A stretch of 64,000 nt of DNA from Octopus sinensis (GCF_006345805.1 NC_042998.1:159898001-159962000), one strand, 5' to 3'; positions 38,766-50,165 are shown, numbered from the stretch's first letter. Program-made: numbers and translations. Notes: generated by a model from the sequence alone, not told the origin.

Positions 38766-38795
38766 ACCTATCCATTCTTGTTGCTTCTTTCTCGC

Positions 38796-38831
<36 letters not shown>

Positions 38832-38833
<2 letters not shown>

Positions 38834-38992
38834 CAGGCTTCTTTCTGTTTCAGTCAACCCAATCCACTCACAAGGCTTTGGTCAGCCTGAAGCTATAGTA
38901 GAAAACACTTACCCAAAGCACCACACAATGGAACTGAACCTGGAGCCATGTGGTTAGAAAGCAAGCTTCTTACCACACAGCCACGCCTGCAC
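38832..38992 (-). mobile_element. SINE family 1 head
   Basis: CAATCCACTCACAAGGCTTTGG...CCACACAGCCAC. Confidence 0.75.
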
Positions 38993-39270
38993 TTATAGAT
39001 CACTTTTGTTTGAATTATGCAAATTACTAGGCCATTCTATTTTCTTCATTGTTTTGTATGAAAATACTTTGGCTACTGGTGTACTGATGAAGACTATTGA
39101 GTTAGAAATACATGTCCATGACTGTCTTCTTGTTTCTGGACAATAAACTTTTCTCTTTCATGAATGGCACATCAATTTGGGAGAAATTCTTGAACCTTGC
39201 GATTATCTCCCCTCTTCAAATGGAGCTGGTCATAATAGTCATTTGGTAATAATGGTACATCCTACAAGAC

Positions 39271-41667
39271 TAGGAGTGTCATACAGCCTGCAGTTCTGAA
39301 CTGGCCAGCAAAATGACTTTGAGAAGAGTAAAAATTATATATATTTGCTTACTAATTATTGTGAATATTGATTGTTTGAGTATGACTGATGATAGTGTCA
39401 ATGATTCAATTTCTAATAGAAAGACTCACTTAAATTATTTAAATATTTGTTTAAATATTGTATCAGAAAAACATATATTCTTTTCGAATTAATCCAATGA
39501 CTAACAACATGTTTTCTCTTTTTAGATCAACATTTCACTCTGTTTTACCTTACTTAAATTTCTTTGTCAAAAAGGAGAAAAGTGGAAACAGAGTGTATAT
39601 TATTTCAAGAAAACTGGTCCTTTTCCTATTTATTCATGGAGGTGAATGGGAAACCTGTGTGTTTGGTGTGCTTGCAGCAGGTTTCCATGCTCAAAAAATA
39701 TAACATTTATATAACACTATGAGACTCATCATGCTGTCAAATACAATGACTTGCAAGAACAAATGAAAAGAGAGAAGGTAAATAAATTGTAAGTAGATCT
39801 GAAGAAACAACAGTCTGCTTTAACCCAAAGCCAAGATTTCAGTCAGGCAGCAATAAAAGCTAACTACCTTGTTGCTAGAGAAATAGCATTAGCATCAAAG
39901 CCATACTGTGAGGGTGAGTTCGTGAAAACATGCATACTGAAGGCTCCAGAAATTGTATACCCTGAAAAGTGACAGACTTTTACCAACATTAGCCTGACGA
40001 GAAACACTGTGACAGATAGGATTTCAGATCTTTCTGCAGATTTGGACTGGTAACTGAAGCACAAAGTCATATCATTTACTGCATTTTCAGATGCAACTGA
40101 TGAGAACACGGACATTACAAATGTTGTGCAACTGGCCATATTCATTTGTGGTGTAGACGAGACTTTAACTGTTAGCAAGGAATTCCTGGAGTTGATTCCT
40201 ATGATGGATACAACAGCAAATGACATTTTTATCGCTTTTGTTGGAGCACTGAACAGGATCGGAGTGGACTGGGCTACAGATGATGCTCCATCAATGATTG
40301 GGAAAAAAAGCAGATGTTGTGATGCAGTTCAGAGAGAAATACAAACTACAAATGGAGGACATGATTTTTGGATATTTCACTGCATTTTGCACCAGGAGGC
40401 ATTGTGTTGCAAGTCATTCAAAATGGATCACATCGTGGAAGTGGTTGGCCGAATTGTTAATTTCATCCAAAGTAGAGGTTTGAATCACCATCAGTTTGAC
40501 AATCTTCTCAGTGATATAGACATTGCCTATGGCTTACCATATCACACTGAGGTAAATTGGTTAAGCTGAGGTGCCATGCTGAAGTGTTTCTTTAATCTAT
40601 AAGAAGAAATTGAACAGTTCATGGAGAAAAAAGGCAAACCAGTGTTAGAATTTCAATGGCTGCAAGATTTAGCATTTATTGTGGATATTGCAGAGCACTT
40701 GAATAATCTGAACAAAATGCTGCAAGGCTGTAAAAAAGTTGTCTCACAGTATTTTGAAAGCACACACACATTCAAGTTGAAGCTAACTTTGTGGGCGACA
40801 CAACTGTCAGGTGATGACCCTGCTCATTTTCCTTGTCTAAAAAATGTGGCTGTGACCGCAGATAATGTTGATTTGAATGGGTACAAAGACAATATCACGG
40901 GATTGTCATGAGAGTTTGAGCTAGTTTCAAATTTTTTATGAACTTGAGACAGATTTCACAGTTTTTTTGCTCACCATTTACAGTCACACCTCTGATCTGC
41001 CCATCAACATACAACTTGAAATAATTGACTTGCAGTGTAATTCAGATTTGAAGAACAAATTTATCTTGGTGGGCTTGGACACATTTTATCAGTATCTCTT
41101 GCCAAAGTACCCCAAATTGACAGCCCTTGCTGCAAAAGTTTTGTGTGTGTTTGAGAACTTACCTTTGTGAGCAAGTTTTCTCTGTAATGAGCATCAATAA
41201 AACAAAGCTGTGCTCAAGGCTCATACATAAGCACCTAAATGACATCCTGAAATTGGCTGCTACTCAGGATTTGCTGCCTGATACTGATACACTTGTGAAG
41301 GAGAAAAGATGCCAAGTTTCAGTAACATTGAAAATAAATGAGAAAAAGTAATAAAAATGTTTTTAAATGTTTTTTAAAGTAGGGTTATTTATTTTTTTTG
41401 TAGTTTATAAATTGTATACACTTACAAGACAGTGTTATAACACAGTCTTCTTTAACAGTTCCCACTTTCACTTGTTAAATGTTTTGCAAAAAAAATTGTT
41501 CTTTAAACATGAACATTTTTAGGATGTAACTTTTTACACTAAAACAAAGAGGAAATTTTGAAATTGTTATTTGTAGGTTCTCATGCCATTTTTAACTGGT
41601 CTGGCCTGCTTGAGATCAAAGTGCATTGATATGTGGTCTGTAAACTAAAATGGGTTTAACATCCCTG
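39271..41667 (+). mobile_element. hAT DNA transposon (SPIN/GTF2IRD2-like transposase), decayed
   Basis: N-terminal KRRKVETE..CLVC..HYETHH, LAIF.GVD, HCILHQEALC, LPYHTEVNWLS, YLCEQVFSVM; ends TAGGAGTGTCATAC / GTTTAACATCCCTG with a CTCTAGAG target-like octamer on the right. Confidence 0.85.
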
Positions 41668-41853
41668 CTCTAGAGACAGATAATTTTATTAAATTAAGAA
41701 TTTTCATTGTAAAGTGGGTGAGTTGTCTCACCTGTGTTTGACTTTCAGGTATTCTAATACCTGGTCCTTTGAGGGAGTAACCCCAGCACACTAAACTGCA
41801 ACCTACTGGTGAACAAGCTAAATGCATAGATTGTGTATGTGTGGTCAATAATG

Positions 41854-41887
<34 letters not shown>

Positions 41888-41893
<6 letters not shown>

Positions 41894-42127
41894 AAAGGGT
41901 AAAGACCCCCTTCAGTCATAAATGACCATGAGATTGCACCTAGAAAGTTTCCCTCTAAGGCACAAGTCCAGATATGGTTATTTATGGCAGACCAGTAGTC
42001 GCGCATGCATACCAGCCTTCTCTCTCCATGCCACCGATGTTGTCCAAGGGAAAGGCAAAGGCTGATACAGCTTGGCATCAGTGACACCGCAACTCCAGTT
42101 TCTGAGTGAACTGAAGCAACATGAAAG
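41888..42127 (-). mobile_element. SINE with (TTTACC)-type tail
   Basis: AAGGTAAAAGGGTAAAG tail (reverse) and CTCCAGT..CTGAGTGAACTG domain related to the 52835-53156 body. Confidence 0.55.
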
Positions 42128-42866
42128 AACACAACATACAACCTGATGCTCTAACTAGCAAGCCATGCACACACACATATACATATTCTTATGTATTGAG
42201 TTCTTTTTCTTTTGTTCTACCAAACAAGTGTATATGGAGAGAGAGAAAGAAGGAGAGAGGGAGACTGAGTGTGCACATGTGTGCATATTTAATAATGGTT
42301 TTATTCTTAAATACATCTTCCTACAGAATAATATTAAGATAATTGTCCCCACAACACTTCCAGCTGATATTTTATTTATAGCAAAAAGCAGAAAAAGGTC
42401 ACACACCACTTATAATCCTTGACAGTAGCAGATTCAAAATATAACAGTGACCATCTGAAAATTGGTGTTTCCTTTCTCCTTACTAATAACGACCGAGAAA
42501 ACTTGCAGGAAGTACTCATCACACCTGGAGAAAGATTGACCTAATTCTCAGATTTGCTGGTTTCTTTTGCTCTTCTTTCACCCCTTCTACATTTGTTTCT
42601 CTGCCTCTGTCCACTCTCAACTAATCTCTACAAATAATAATCCAGTGTTGATTAAAAGATAATAGTTTATACAGAAATAGAACTAGACATCAGTATATAA
42701 TTTTGTTGTGTTTATTTTCTGCATTGTTTTTGTTTTTTAATAGGTGATAGTTCTAACCATTTCAAACTTAATTTTCCTCTGCTACCTGGTTTGTAGGTGT
42801 ATCTAGTGTAATTGACACTTTCAGACCAAGCCTCTCCTGTTCACACATACACACACATGCACGCAC

Positions 42867-42919
42867 TTTGTTCTGCAGATATTCTGACTGGCCATAAGCT
42901 ACATCAATATCTGACCGGT
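42867..42919 (-). CDS. candidate 53-nt coding exon of an unidentified host gene
   Basis: polypyrimidine + CCCTAG acceptor, AAA|GTGCGT donor, one open frame xRSDIDVAYGQSEYLQNK; not TE-like; no partner exon found. Confidence 0.3.
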
Positions 42920-43126
42920 CTAGGGAAGCATACATACTAGCACAGTTAAAAGGAAGGCGAGTTATGGTCAGCATTTTCTGATTTTTATGTTTATATCATG
43001 GTTTTTGGAGAAGCAGACAACTCAAGAACCTCCTCAGGCATCAAAGATTAATTATGCTACTATAGATATCTTGCTCCTCTTTTTACTTCATTATTAAAAC
43101 AAAAATGAATGGTTTTATGAAAAAAG

Positions 43127-43516
43127 GGTACCTTTTGGTTATCTCACTCCCATTAAAAAACTGGGTTATCTCCCCCCCGATTAATGAAACATATCGGTAC
43201 TTTTGGTTATCTCCCCCAACTAAAAAAATTGTTTAACCCTCATAATACAAAAAAATGAAAAAATTAATAAATATAAAAACTGAAAAAATTAATAAACAGG
43301 AAAACTGAAAAGATTAAATTTCTTACTGAATGTAATAACATTTTTATAACAAATCATACCATGCCTATTGAGGGAACCAAAAGTCAACAATGTGTTGAAG
43401 TATTCAGTCAAAAGATCTAAACCCTTTTAATCCAATCTCTTGTCGCCTCATAAATTCAATTTTTTAGTGCGGGGATAACCCACTTTTTTAATGAGAGTGA
43501 GATAACCAAAAAGTAC
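43127..43516. mobile_element. MULE-type MITE
   Basis: about 50-bp TIRs (GTACCTTTTGGTTATCTCACTCCCATTAAAAAA..) and an exact 9-bp TSD TGAAAAAAG (43118-43126, 43517-43525). Confidence 0.85.
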
Positions 43517-44057
43517 TGAAAAAAGAACTAGTTCAATAGTTAGTTTAGCGGTAGTTATATCACGAAGGGAAATGTATAATGGGGGAGAGGTTACGCATGC
43601 TTCCGTATTTTTTAAACACTTCGACATCTACAGATGATTAATACTATGGTAATGCACTATTTAGTTGGTGTAAATTGTAAAACATTACAAATTTAATATG
43701 TATATGAATGTGGGCAATATTTTGTTTTGCGATTCAGGAAGCAAAACTACTGCATTGGCAGAGATCGTCGTTTACCCGACGAAAGGGAAAATGAAATAAC
43801 TTCTTTTAAATGAATTGAAAATAATAAAATCCTGAAGTAACAAAATGATAATTGTAATATCTGATTTTTCGTAAAATGCTTTTGATTTATTTTATCATAA
43901 TTTAATAATAAACTAAAATACACAAATTAGACAGGATAATGTTGTCGAAGGCATTGAACCGTTTCCACCAATCTGTTCAAGATGGTTGATATACAACAGA
44001 CAACTGTAAAATAGTTAATCAATGCTTCTCTACCAACACAGATCTGCTCCATAACAA

Positions 44058-44250
44058 AGTATTGGTTTCAAATTTTTGCACAAGGTCAGCACTTTCGGAG
44101 GAGTGAGTCAATTACATCGACCCGTGTTCAACTGATACTTATTTTATCGATCCCAAAGTCGATCTCGGCGGAATTGGAACACAAAACATGATGAGAGATG
44201 AAATACCGCTAAGCCATTTGCCCATCTAACGATTCTGCCAGCTCGCCGCC
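44058..44250 (-). mobile_element. SINE family 2 copy
   Basis: TTACATCGACCC, GATCTCGGCGGAAT and CTGCCAGCTCGCC blocks. Confidence 0.75.
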
Positions 44251-45116
44251 TTTACATAACAAAATATTGCTTTGCCGTCAACTATTGTCGGCATACGTAC
44301 TCAAGTGTTCCCAACCTTAATGTTGTTTCCTTATAACTCGTGGGAGTATACTTTTAATGAAATTTTCTACAAATACCTTTCAAATGGTGTGAATTCCAAT
44401 TATATTGGAATTTAATATGAAAAAAGAAAAACATTGGCAGGCGTGCACACAGTGAAGGGTAATAATGGCATAAGTGAAAAAAAAATAGATAAAAATGACA
44501 CAATAAGCTTACTGAAATATATAGTATTGGCAAAAAAGTAGAATTAAGTTTGTCTAATTTAAAAATTGGTTTTGAATAAAATCTATTTTCTTAATATATC
44601 ATATACCTGTATAACCTCCTTTTCTTAATATAGATTTATACGTTTAAAATTTGAGACTATTGAAAAGGTTGCAAGACGCAACGAAAATTTTAGGAAAATA
44701 AAAATAAAAAATAAGTGGAAATTTTACCGGTGAATGTGTTACATTATAAGGCACAAAAACAAAATGACTTTCCCTAGACACAACAGAATATGCTTCAACA
44801 CACGAACTCATATAAAGAATCTTGCAAACCAAATCCCAAAACGAAAAATTATGAAAAAACAATTATGATAAAATCAAATATGTTTAGACATGAGAACACT
44901 GTTTCATATTAAACCTTTAGAAACAGAATTTTATAACTAGAATCTTATGTTGTGACCAAGTCCACGTAACACTTGATCAAGGTTTTCCTTCCTTCTGTGT
45001 AGTCCTTGCATAAATTCTTTAATCTTTGTTGTAGATCAACATATACTTTTTTTTGTTTTCTTTCTGGGTGTTTCCCCAACTGAGTCCTTTGCTATCACTG
45101 TACTCACAAAAGCCTC

Positions 45117-45533
45117 TGTAGTGATGCTACAGTGTAGGGTTCGGCGCGCATGCGCAGAATGGGACTACTTCCGGGTGGCCACCGGAAGTCTTCCCCATGC
45201 GCATGTGCGGGAAAACATCTCTCGAGCCCGCGAACCTCAAATCTCTCTCTTCGGCTCAAGACAGCACTGCGATCGGTCACGGTTTTCCTGGCTCTGACAG
45301 CCACACACCAACTTCAACCAACTTCAACCAACCTCAACGACCAACACCAGCAGTATATCAGAGGCTGTCTATTCCCCCATCAGACAACGTACAACCATGA
45401 ATCAATAAACCAAGTTGTCTGTTCACCTTTAACCTGAGTTTCGTCTGTTTGTTTTCTACAAGAATTTTGTATGTGACTAGAAAGGATCTCGACACCCTGC
45501 CAGTGCTTCGATGATAGATCCTTTCACGTTACA
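45117..45533 (+). repeat. 5' LTR
   Basis: TGTAGTGATG...CACGTTACA; AATAAA at 45404-45409. Confidence 0.97.
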
Positions 45534-45535
45534 AT

Positions 45536-45545
45536 TGGTGACCCC
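45536..45545 (+). promoter_or_regulatory. primer binding site, tRNA-Trp-like
   Basis: TGGTGACCCC 2 nt after the LTR; complementary to the GGGGUCACCA 3' end of eukaryotic tRNA-Trp (from memory). Confidence 0.75.
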
Positions 45546-45919
45546 TAGTTGAGAAAAAGAACAGGATAGAAGAAGACACAGCGAACAGGTTTTTTTTGGG
45601 GGCGAAGAGCGCGGAAATTCACATTTATTTTCCTATTTTCTCCTTTTCAGCACGGCGAGGTGGGTAAAATAGCCTTATTCATCGCACACAGTACAAAAAA
45701 AAAAAAAAAAAAAAAAAAAAGAAAAAGAAAACACACACACATTCATTTTTTTTCCTTTTCTGTATTTTGTTTTCCTTGTACACACCTATTCCTTTTTTGC
45801 TACCCACGAGGTGCACACACAAACACAATTTTGAATTGCCTTCTCGGTTCCACGTGTTCTCTCTCCACTTCTAGACCATACCTTCTGCCCCCTTCTCACA
45901 GATTCCTTCCGACAAAGGC

Positions 45920-46402
45920 ATGGCTTCAGGTTTGCCTTCATTTACGGGGGATATGGGCCTGTGGTTTGCCCAAGTGGAGTGGTATTTTGATGCACATGCC
46001 ATTTCTCCACAGCAGCAGTTGCACCTGCTATATTCCGGCTTACATCCCCGACTCGCCGCATCGATCAGGGATCTAATAATAAGTCCCCACCCGGATGCCA
46101 CATACGCGTCTGTGAAAGCAGAAATCCTCCGCCGCAACACACGTTCGGGGGAGAGCAATATTCAGATTGCCACGATGGCCGATGGAATACTGGAATTTCC
46201 GAATCCATCTCCATCGCGAGGCCTCTGTGCATGTATAGGGGGCCCTGCGCAAATTTCACTAGCCGAGCGGATTGATGCGCTCACGCGGCGAATCGACGAT
46301 CTATCCCGTGCGATCGAGCGCCGACAACGCAGTCGTAGTCGCTCTACCAAAAGGGCAGATCGGTGTACCCAGCCGTGCACTTTCAAGCCCTCGGAAAACT
46401 AA
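45920..46402 (+). CDS. gag: Gag (short, 160 aa)
   Basis: LPSF..D..LWFAQVE..F, IRDLI..P..Y..VK..I.RR, MADGILE, RSRSRS and C-x3-C-x-F terminus. Confidence 0.85.
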   Translation: MASGLPSFTGDMGLWFAQVEWYFDAHAISPQQQLHLLYSGLHPRLAASIRDLIISPHPDATYASVKAEILRRNTRSGESNIQIATMADGILEFPNPSPSRGLCACIGGPAQISLAERIDALTRRIDDLSRAIERRQRSRSRSTKRADRCTQPCTFKPSEN

Positions 46403-49400
46403 ATCCGGAGGAGGTGAGCACGTCACCTTCTTCCATCTCGTTTCCCAAACATCGTGCATTCTATGTAAAAGATCTGGTGTCGAAGACATTCTTCATGGTA
46501 GACACCGGTTCCTGTTGCAGCATCTGGCCCCTTCGTCTGGCTGCAGACAAGCCGAAGCGCTCTTCGATTGTCTTGCATGCTATTGACTCGTCTCCCATAA
46601 CCACTTACGGTCAGATTTCGCTGCGCCTCAACCTCAACCTTCGCCGAGACTTTCGATGGGTTTTCGTCATCGCTGACATCCCACATCCTATTCTCGGCGC
46701 TGATTTCCTGGATAGGTTTAACCTATTGGTGGATGTCAGGCGTCGGAGGCTTCTTGATAGCACGACGTCGCTCTCTACACCGACTGGGAGTTCCACCACT
46801 GCGGTCCTTAGCCCGACATTCTTTGTTGCCACCTCTGGAGACCCATTTCACTCTCTTTTGGTTTCATTTCCGGAGCTAGTGGACATTGCCTTTAAACCGG
46901 AAAATCCTACCCACTCGACCCTCCATTTCATCACCACCAATGGGCCACCTGTATTCTCACGCCCCCGGCGCCTAGCGCCAGACCGACTTAAAACGGCCAG
47001 AGCCGAGTTTGAGCACATGCTTCAACTTGGCATTATACGCCCCTCCACCAGCCCATGGGCATCTCCCCTTCATTTGGCGCGAAAGGGCGAGTCTGATTTT
47101 CGCCCGGTTGGAGACTATCGACGCCTCAATGCCGTCACAATAGCCGATCGCTATCCGATTAGAAATCTCCGGGACTTTACAGCAAATCTCCATGGTTGTA
47201 CCATTTTTTCGAAGGTCGATCTGATACGCGCTTACCACCAAATACCGGTCAACCCAGCCGACGTTCCAAAAACTGCAATCACTACCCCGTTTGGGTGTTT
47301 TGAGTTTTTGTACATGAGTTTCGGTTTGCGGAATGCTACTAGCACCTTCCAGCGTTTCATTGATGAGGTTGTCCGCGGTCTTGATTTTGTGTTTGCCTAT
47401 GTCGATGACATACTCATTGCGAGCGACACACGAGAAAATCATCTCCGGCACCTTTCTCAACTCTTCCAGCGTCTTCGCGCGTATAGCATACGCATAAACC
47501 CCGACAAGTGTGTTTTCGGACGCTCTTCCCTAGATTTTCTAGGGCATCATATTGATTCGACTGGAATCAGCCCCCTCTCGTCAAAAGTCGATGCCATTCA
47601 ACGCATCGCACCCCCCACTTCCTTGCGCCAGCTCAGGCATTATCTAGGGATGGTCAATTTCTACCGACGCTTCATTCCCGGTTGTGCAGATAAGCTGCTA
47701 CCTCTCACCAGGCTGTTAAAGGACTCTCCTAGAAAGGACAGTCAAGTCACCCTCTCTGTTGAGGCAGTGACAGCCTTTGAGTCCATTAAGAAGGAGCTGG
47801 CTTCTGTTTCTTTGCTTGCACATCCAGTTCCTGGTGCTTCTCTCTCTTTGACTGTGGACGCATCGGACACTGCGATTGGCGCTGTGTTACAACACACAGT
47901 GGATGACCATGTTCGACCTCTAGCCTTCTTTTCCCGTCAACTGCAACCAGCTGAACGACGATACAGCACCTTTGATCGTGAGCTCCTAGCGATCTATCTA
48001 TCGGTTCGTCATTTCCAGCATCAACTTGAAGGGCGAGATTTTGTGATCTATACGGATCACAAGCCCCTTACGTTTGCCCTGTTTTCAAAAACGGACAAAC
48101 TCTCACCCCGTGCTTTTCGGCACCTGGATTTTATCTCTCAATTTACTAGCAACATTCGACACATACCTGGAAAAGAGAACGTTCCTGCTGACGCTCTCTC
48201 TCGCCTTCCAGTTTGCGCCCTTTCGTCTCCTGCTGCTATCGACTTAGCTGCCATATCGCAGGAGCAGCCACCTTTGGCGTCGTTAGATTTAACTTCTCCC
48301 AAGTTCTCCTGTTGCCAGTTTTCCTACCTTCCGCTTCCGTCAGCCGAAGGCACCATTCTTTGTGACACTTCAACTGGATCTCCCAGGCCACTGGTGCCTG
48401 AGACCCATCAACGCTCAGTGTTTGAAGCACTGCACTCCTTATCACATCCTGGCATCGCTGCCACCCTCAAACTAATCACTGCTCGGTTTTTCTGGCCGAA
48501 TATGCGTCGCACAATTACTTGTTGGACACGCACCTGCTCCAAGTGTCAACGATCCAAGATTCAACGGCACGTTCGTGCCCCGCTTGGACAATTTCCCCCC
48601 ACGGAGGCCCGTTTTCGCCATGTCCACATCGATCTGGTTGGACCATGGCCTGTGAGTCGCGGGTTCTCTTATCTATTAACTTGTGTCGATCGTTTCTCCC
48701 GCTGGCCAGAAGCCATTCCGATAGCAGACATTTCTGCTGAGACTGTTGCGCGAGCTTTCGTTTCAAACTGGATTTCTCGCTTCGGAGTCCCGTCCCGATT
48801 GACAACTGATCGTGGACGACAGTTTGAGGCCTCGCTATTTCGCGAATTGTCGCGAATTTTGGGTATGCACCATATCCACACCACAAGCTACCATCCAGCG
48901 TCTAATGGATTGGTTGAGCGGTTCCATAGACAGCTCAAGGCCGCTCTTCGTGCCTCTTCGGACCCACAGTCCTGGATCGAATTTCTGCCCATTGTGCTTC
49001 TCGGCTGTCGGACTGCTGTCAAGGCAGACCTGGGGTTTTCTGCTGCAGAGCTGCTGTATGGTACCACACTGGCATTGCCCGGTACGATGTTGGTGCCAGA
49101 CACTTCCCCGCCCCATGATCCGGCGACCTATGTCACCAGACTGCGGGAATATTTTTCAAACCTTCCGCCCATGCTTCCCAGAAAGCAATCTCCACCGTCC
49201 CATCTTCCACCGGATATGAACACCTGGTCGCATGTTTTTGTTCGGGACGATTCTGTGAAGGGCCCACTTGTTTCTCCCTATAAAGGACCTTTTCGTGTGC
49301 TTTCTCGCACACCAAAGGTTTTCACGATTGAGATAAATGGTCGTTCGGAGACCGTTTCCGTGGACCGTTTAAAAAAGGCACATTTTGAGACGTCTTCATC

Positions 49401-49623
49401 TTTTGATGACAACCTTGACACACCCACCTATGCACCTTTAACAACACTTTCACCTGCACAAACGCCTTCACCTGCACAAACGCCTTCACCTGCACAAACA
49501 CCTTCACCGGCTCCTACAACACCACCCTCGCCGTCAACGGGTGCCCCGAGCACACCGTATGTTACAAAATCGGGCAGAACAGTGCATTGGCCCAAGAAAC
49601 TTTCAAAAACAATTTACATTTAA
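46363..49623 (+). CDS. pol: Pol polyprotein (protease, RT, RNase H, integrase); probably expressed as a Gag-Pol fusion
   Basis: uninterrupted 1086 codons with [61 protein letters not shown] and VTKSGR. Confidence 0.97.
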   Translation: MYPAVHFQALGKLNPEEVSTSPSSISFPKHRAFYVKDLVSKTFFMVDTGSCCSIWPLRLAADKPKRSSIVLHAIDSSPITTYGQISLRLNLNLRRDFRWVFVIADIPHPILGADFLDRFNLLVDVRRRRLLDSTTSLSTPTGSSTTAVLSPTFFVATSGDPFHSLLVSFPELVDIAFKPENPTHSTLHFITTNGPPVFSRPRRLAPDRLKTARAEFEHMLQLGIIRPSTSPWASPLHLARKGESDFRPVGDYRRLNAVTIADRYPIRNLRDFTANLHGCTIFSKVDLIRAYHQIPVNPADVPKTAITTPFGCFEFLYMSFGLRNATSTFQRFIDEVVRGLDFVFAYVDDILIASDTRENHLRHLSQLFQRLRAYSIRINPDKCVFGRSSLDFLGHHIDSTGISPLSSKVDAIQRIAPPTSLRQLRHYLGMVNFYRRFIPGCADKLLPLTRLLKDSPRKDSQVTLSVEAVTAFESIKKELASVSLLAHPVPGASLSLTVDASDTAIGAVLQHTVDDHVRPLAFFSRQLQPAERRYSTFDRELLAIYLSVRHFQHQLEGRDFVIYTDHKPLTFALFSKTDKLSPRAFRHLDFISQFTSNIRHIPGKENVPADALSRLPVCALSSPAAIDLAAISQEQPPLASLDLTSPKFSCCQFSYLPLPSAEGTILCDTSTGSPRPLVPETHQRSVFEALHSLSHPGIAATLKLITARFFWPNMRRTITCWTRTCSKCQRSKIQRHVRAPLGQFPPTEARFRHVHIDLVGPWPVSRGFSYLLTCVDRFSRWPEAIPIADISAETVARAFVSNWISRFGVPSRLTTDRGRQFEASLFRELSRILGMHHIHTTSYHPASNGLVERFHRQLKAALRASSDPQSWIEFLPIVLLGCRTAVKADLGFSAAELLYGTTLALPGTMLVPDTSPPHDPATYVTRLREYFSNLPPMLPRKQSPPSHLPPDMNTWSHVFVRDDSVKGPLVSPYKGPFRVLSRTPKVFTIEINGRSETVSVDRLKKAHFETSSSFDDNLDTPTYAPLTTLSPAQTPSPAQTPSPAQTPSPAPTTPPSPSTGAPSTPYVTKSGRTVHWPKKLSKTIYI
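46393..46433 (+). promoter_or_regulatory. -1 programmed ribosomal frameshift signal
   Basis: G GAA AAC slippery heptamer (46393-99) directly before the gag TAA, a 7-nt spacer, then an 11-bp stem GGAGGAGGTGA/TCACCTTCTTC with a 5-nt loop; pol is in the -1 frame. Confidence 0.8.
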
Positions 49624-49736
49624 CTTTAAAATGTTTCTTATTGTATAATAGTATGTACCAAGTCTTCTGGGGGATCGGCAAGCCTTCTGTTTTCTGCAGC
49701 ACCACCACAATATTCTGGTTGCCGTACTTCGCACTC

Positions 49737-49748
49737 GGAGGGGAGCCC
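49737..49748 (+). promoter_or_regulatory. polypurine tract
   Basis: GGAGGGGAG-CCC immediately before the 3' LTR. Confidence 0.8.
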
Positions 49749-50165
49749 TGTAGTGATGCTACAGTGTAGGGTTCGGCGCGCATGCGCAGAATGGACTACT
49801 TCCGGGTGGCCACCGGAAGTCTTCCCCATGCGCATGTGCGGGAAAACATCTCTCGAGCCCCGAACCTCAAATCTCTCTCTTCGGCTCAAGACAGCACTGC
49901 TGCGATCGGTCACGGTTTTCCTGGCTCTGACAGCCACACACCAACTTCAACCAACTTCAACCAACCTCAACGACCAACACCAGCAGTATATCAGAGGCTG
50001 TCTATTCCCCCATCAGACAACGTACAACCATGAATCAATAACCAAGTTGTCTGTTCACCTTTAACCTGAGTTTCGTTTGTGTGTTTTCTACAAGAATTTT
50101 GTATGTGACTAGAAAGGATCTCGACACCCTGCCAGTGCTTCGATGATAGATCCTTTCACGTTACA
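49749..50165 (+). repeat. 3' LTR
   Basis: 417 bp, near identical to the 5' LTR. Confidence 0.97.

Larger units (their letters stand above)
38523..38795. repeat. 273-bp spacer-less palindrome
   Basis: centre TCTCT|AGAGA at 38658/38659; arms of 136 and 137 bp differ by one T-run indel. Confidence 0.95.
45117..50165 (+). mobile_element. Ty3/Gypsy LTR retrotransposon (CsRn1/Mag-like), young and near intact
   Basis: two 417-bp TG..CA LTRs with four small indels and two substitutions, 4-bp TSD CCTC (45113-16, 50166-69), PBS, PPT, gag and pol. Confidence 0.98.

Noticed and set aside
39084-39125. CTGATGA-A-GAC..GTT-A-GAAAT-ACATGTC hammerhead-like string
   Set aside because: No stem I pairing between the flanks and stem II is weak
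40098-40115. CTGATGAG motif (also CTGATGA at about 18261)
   Set aside because: Lies in hAT and mariner transposase coding sequence with no matching GAAA or stems
45871-49507. Numerous antisense and alternative-frame ORFs within gag/pol
   Set aside because: Expected by chance in GC-rich coding DNA; none is long or carries a domain; no env-like ORF between pol and the PPT (only about 115 bp)
49457-49510. Three 18-bp tandem repeats (TPSPAQ)
   Set aside because: In-frame low-complexity linker in the integrase C-terminus; not a CRISPR-like array
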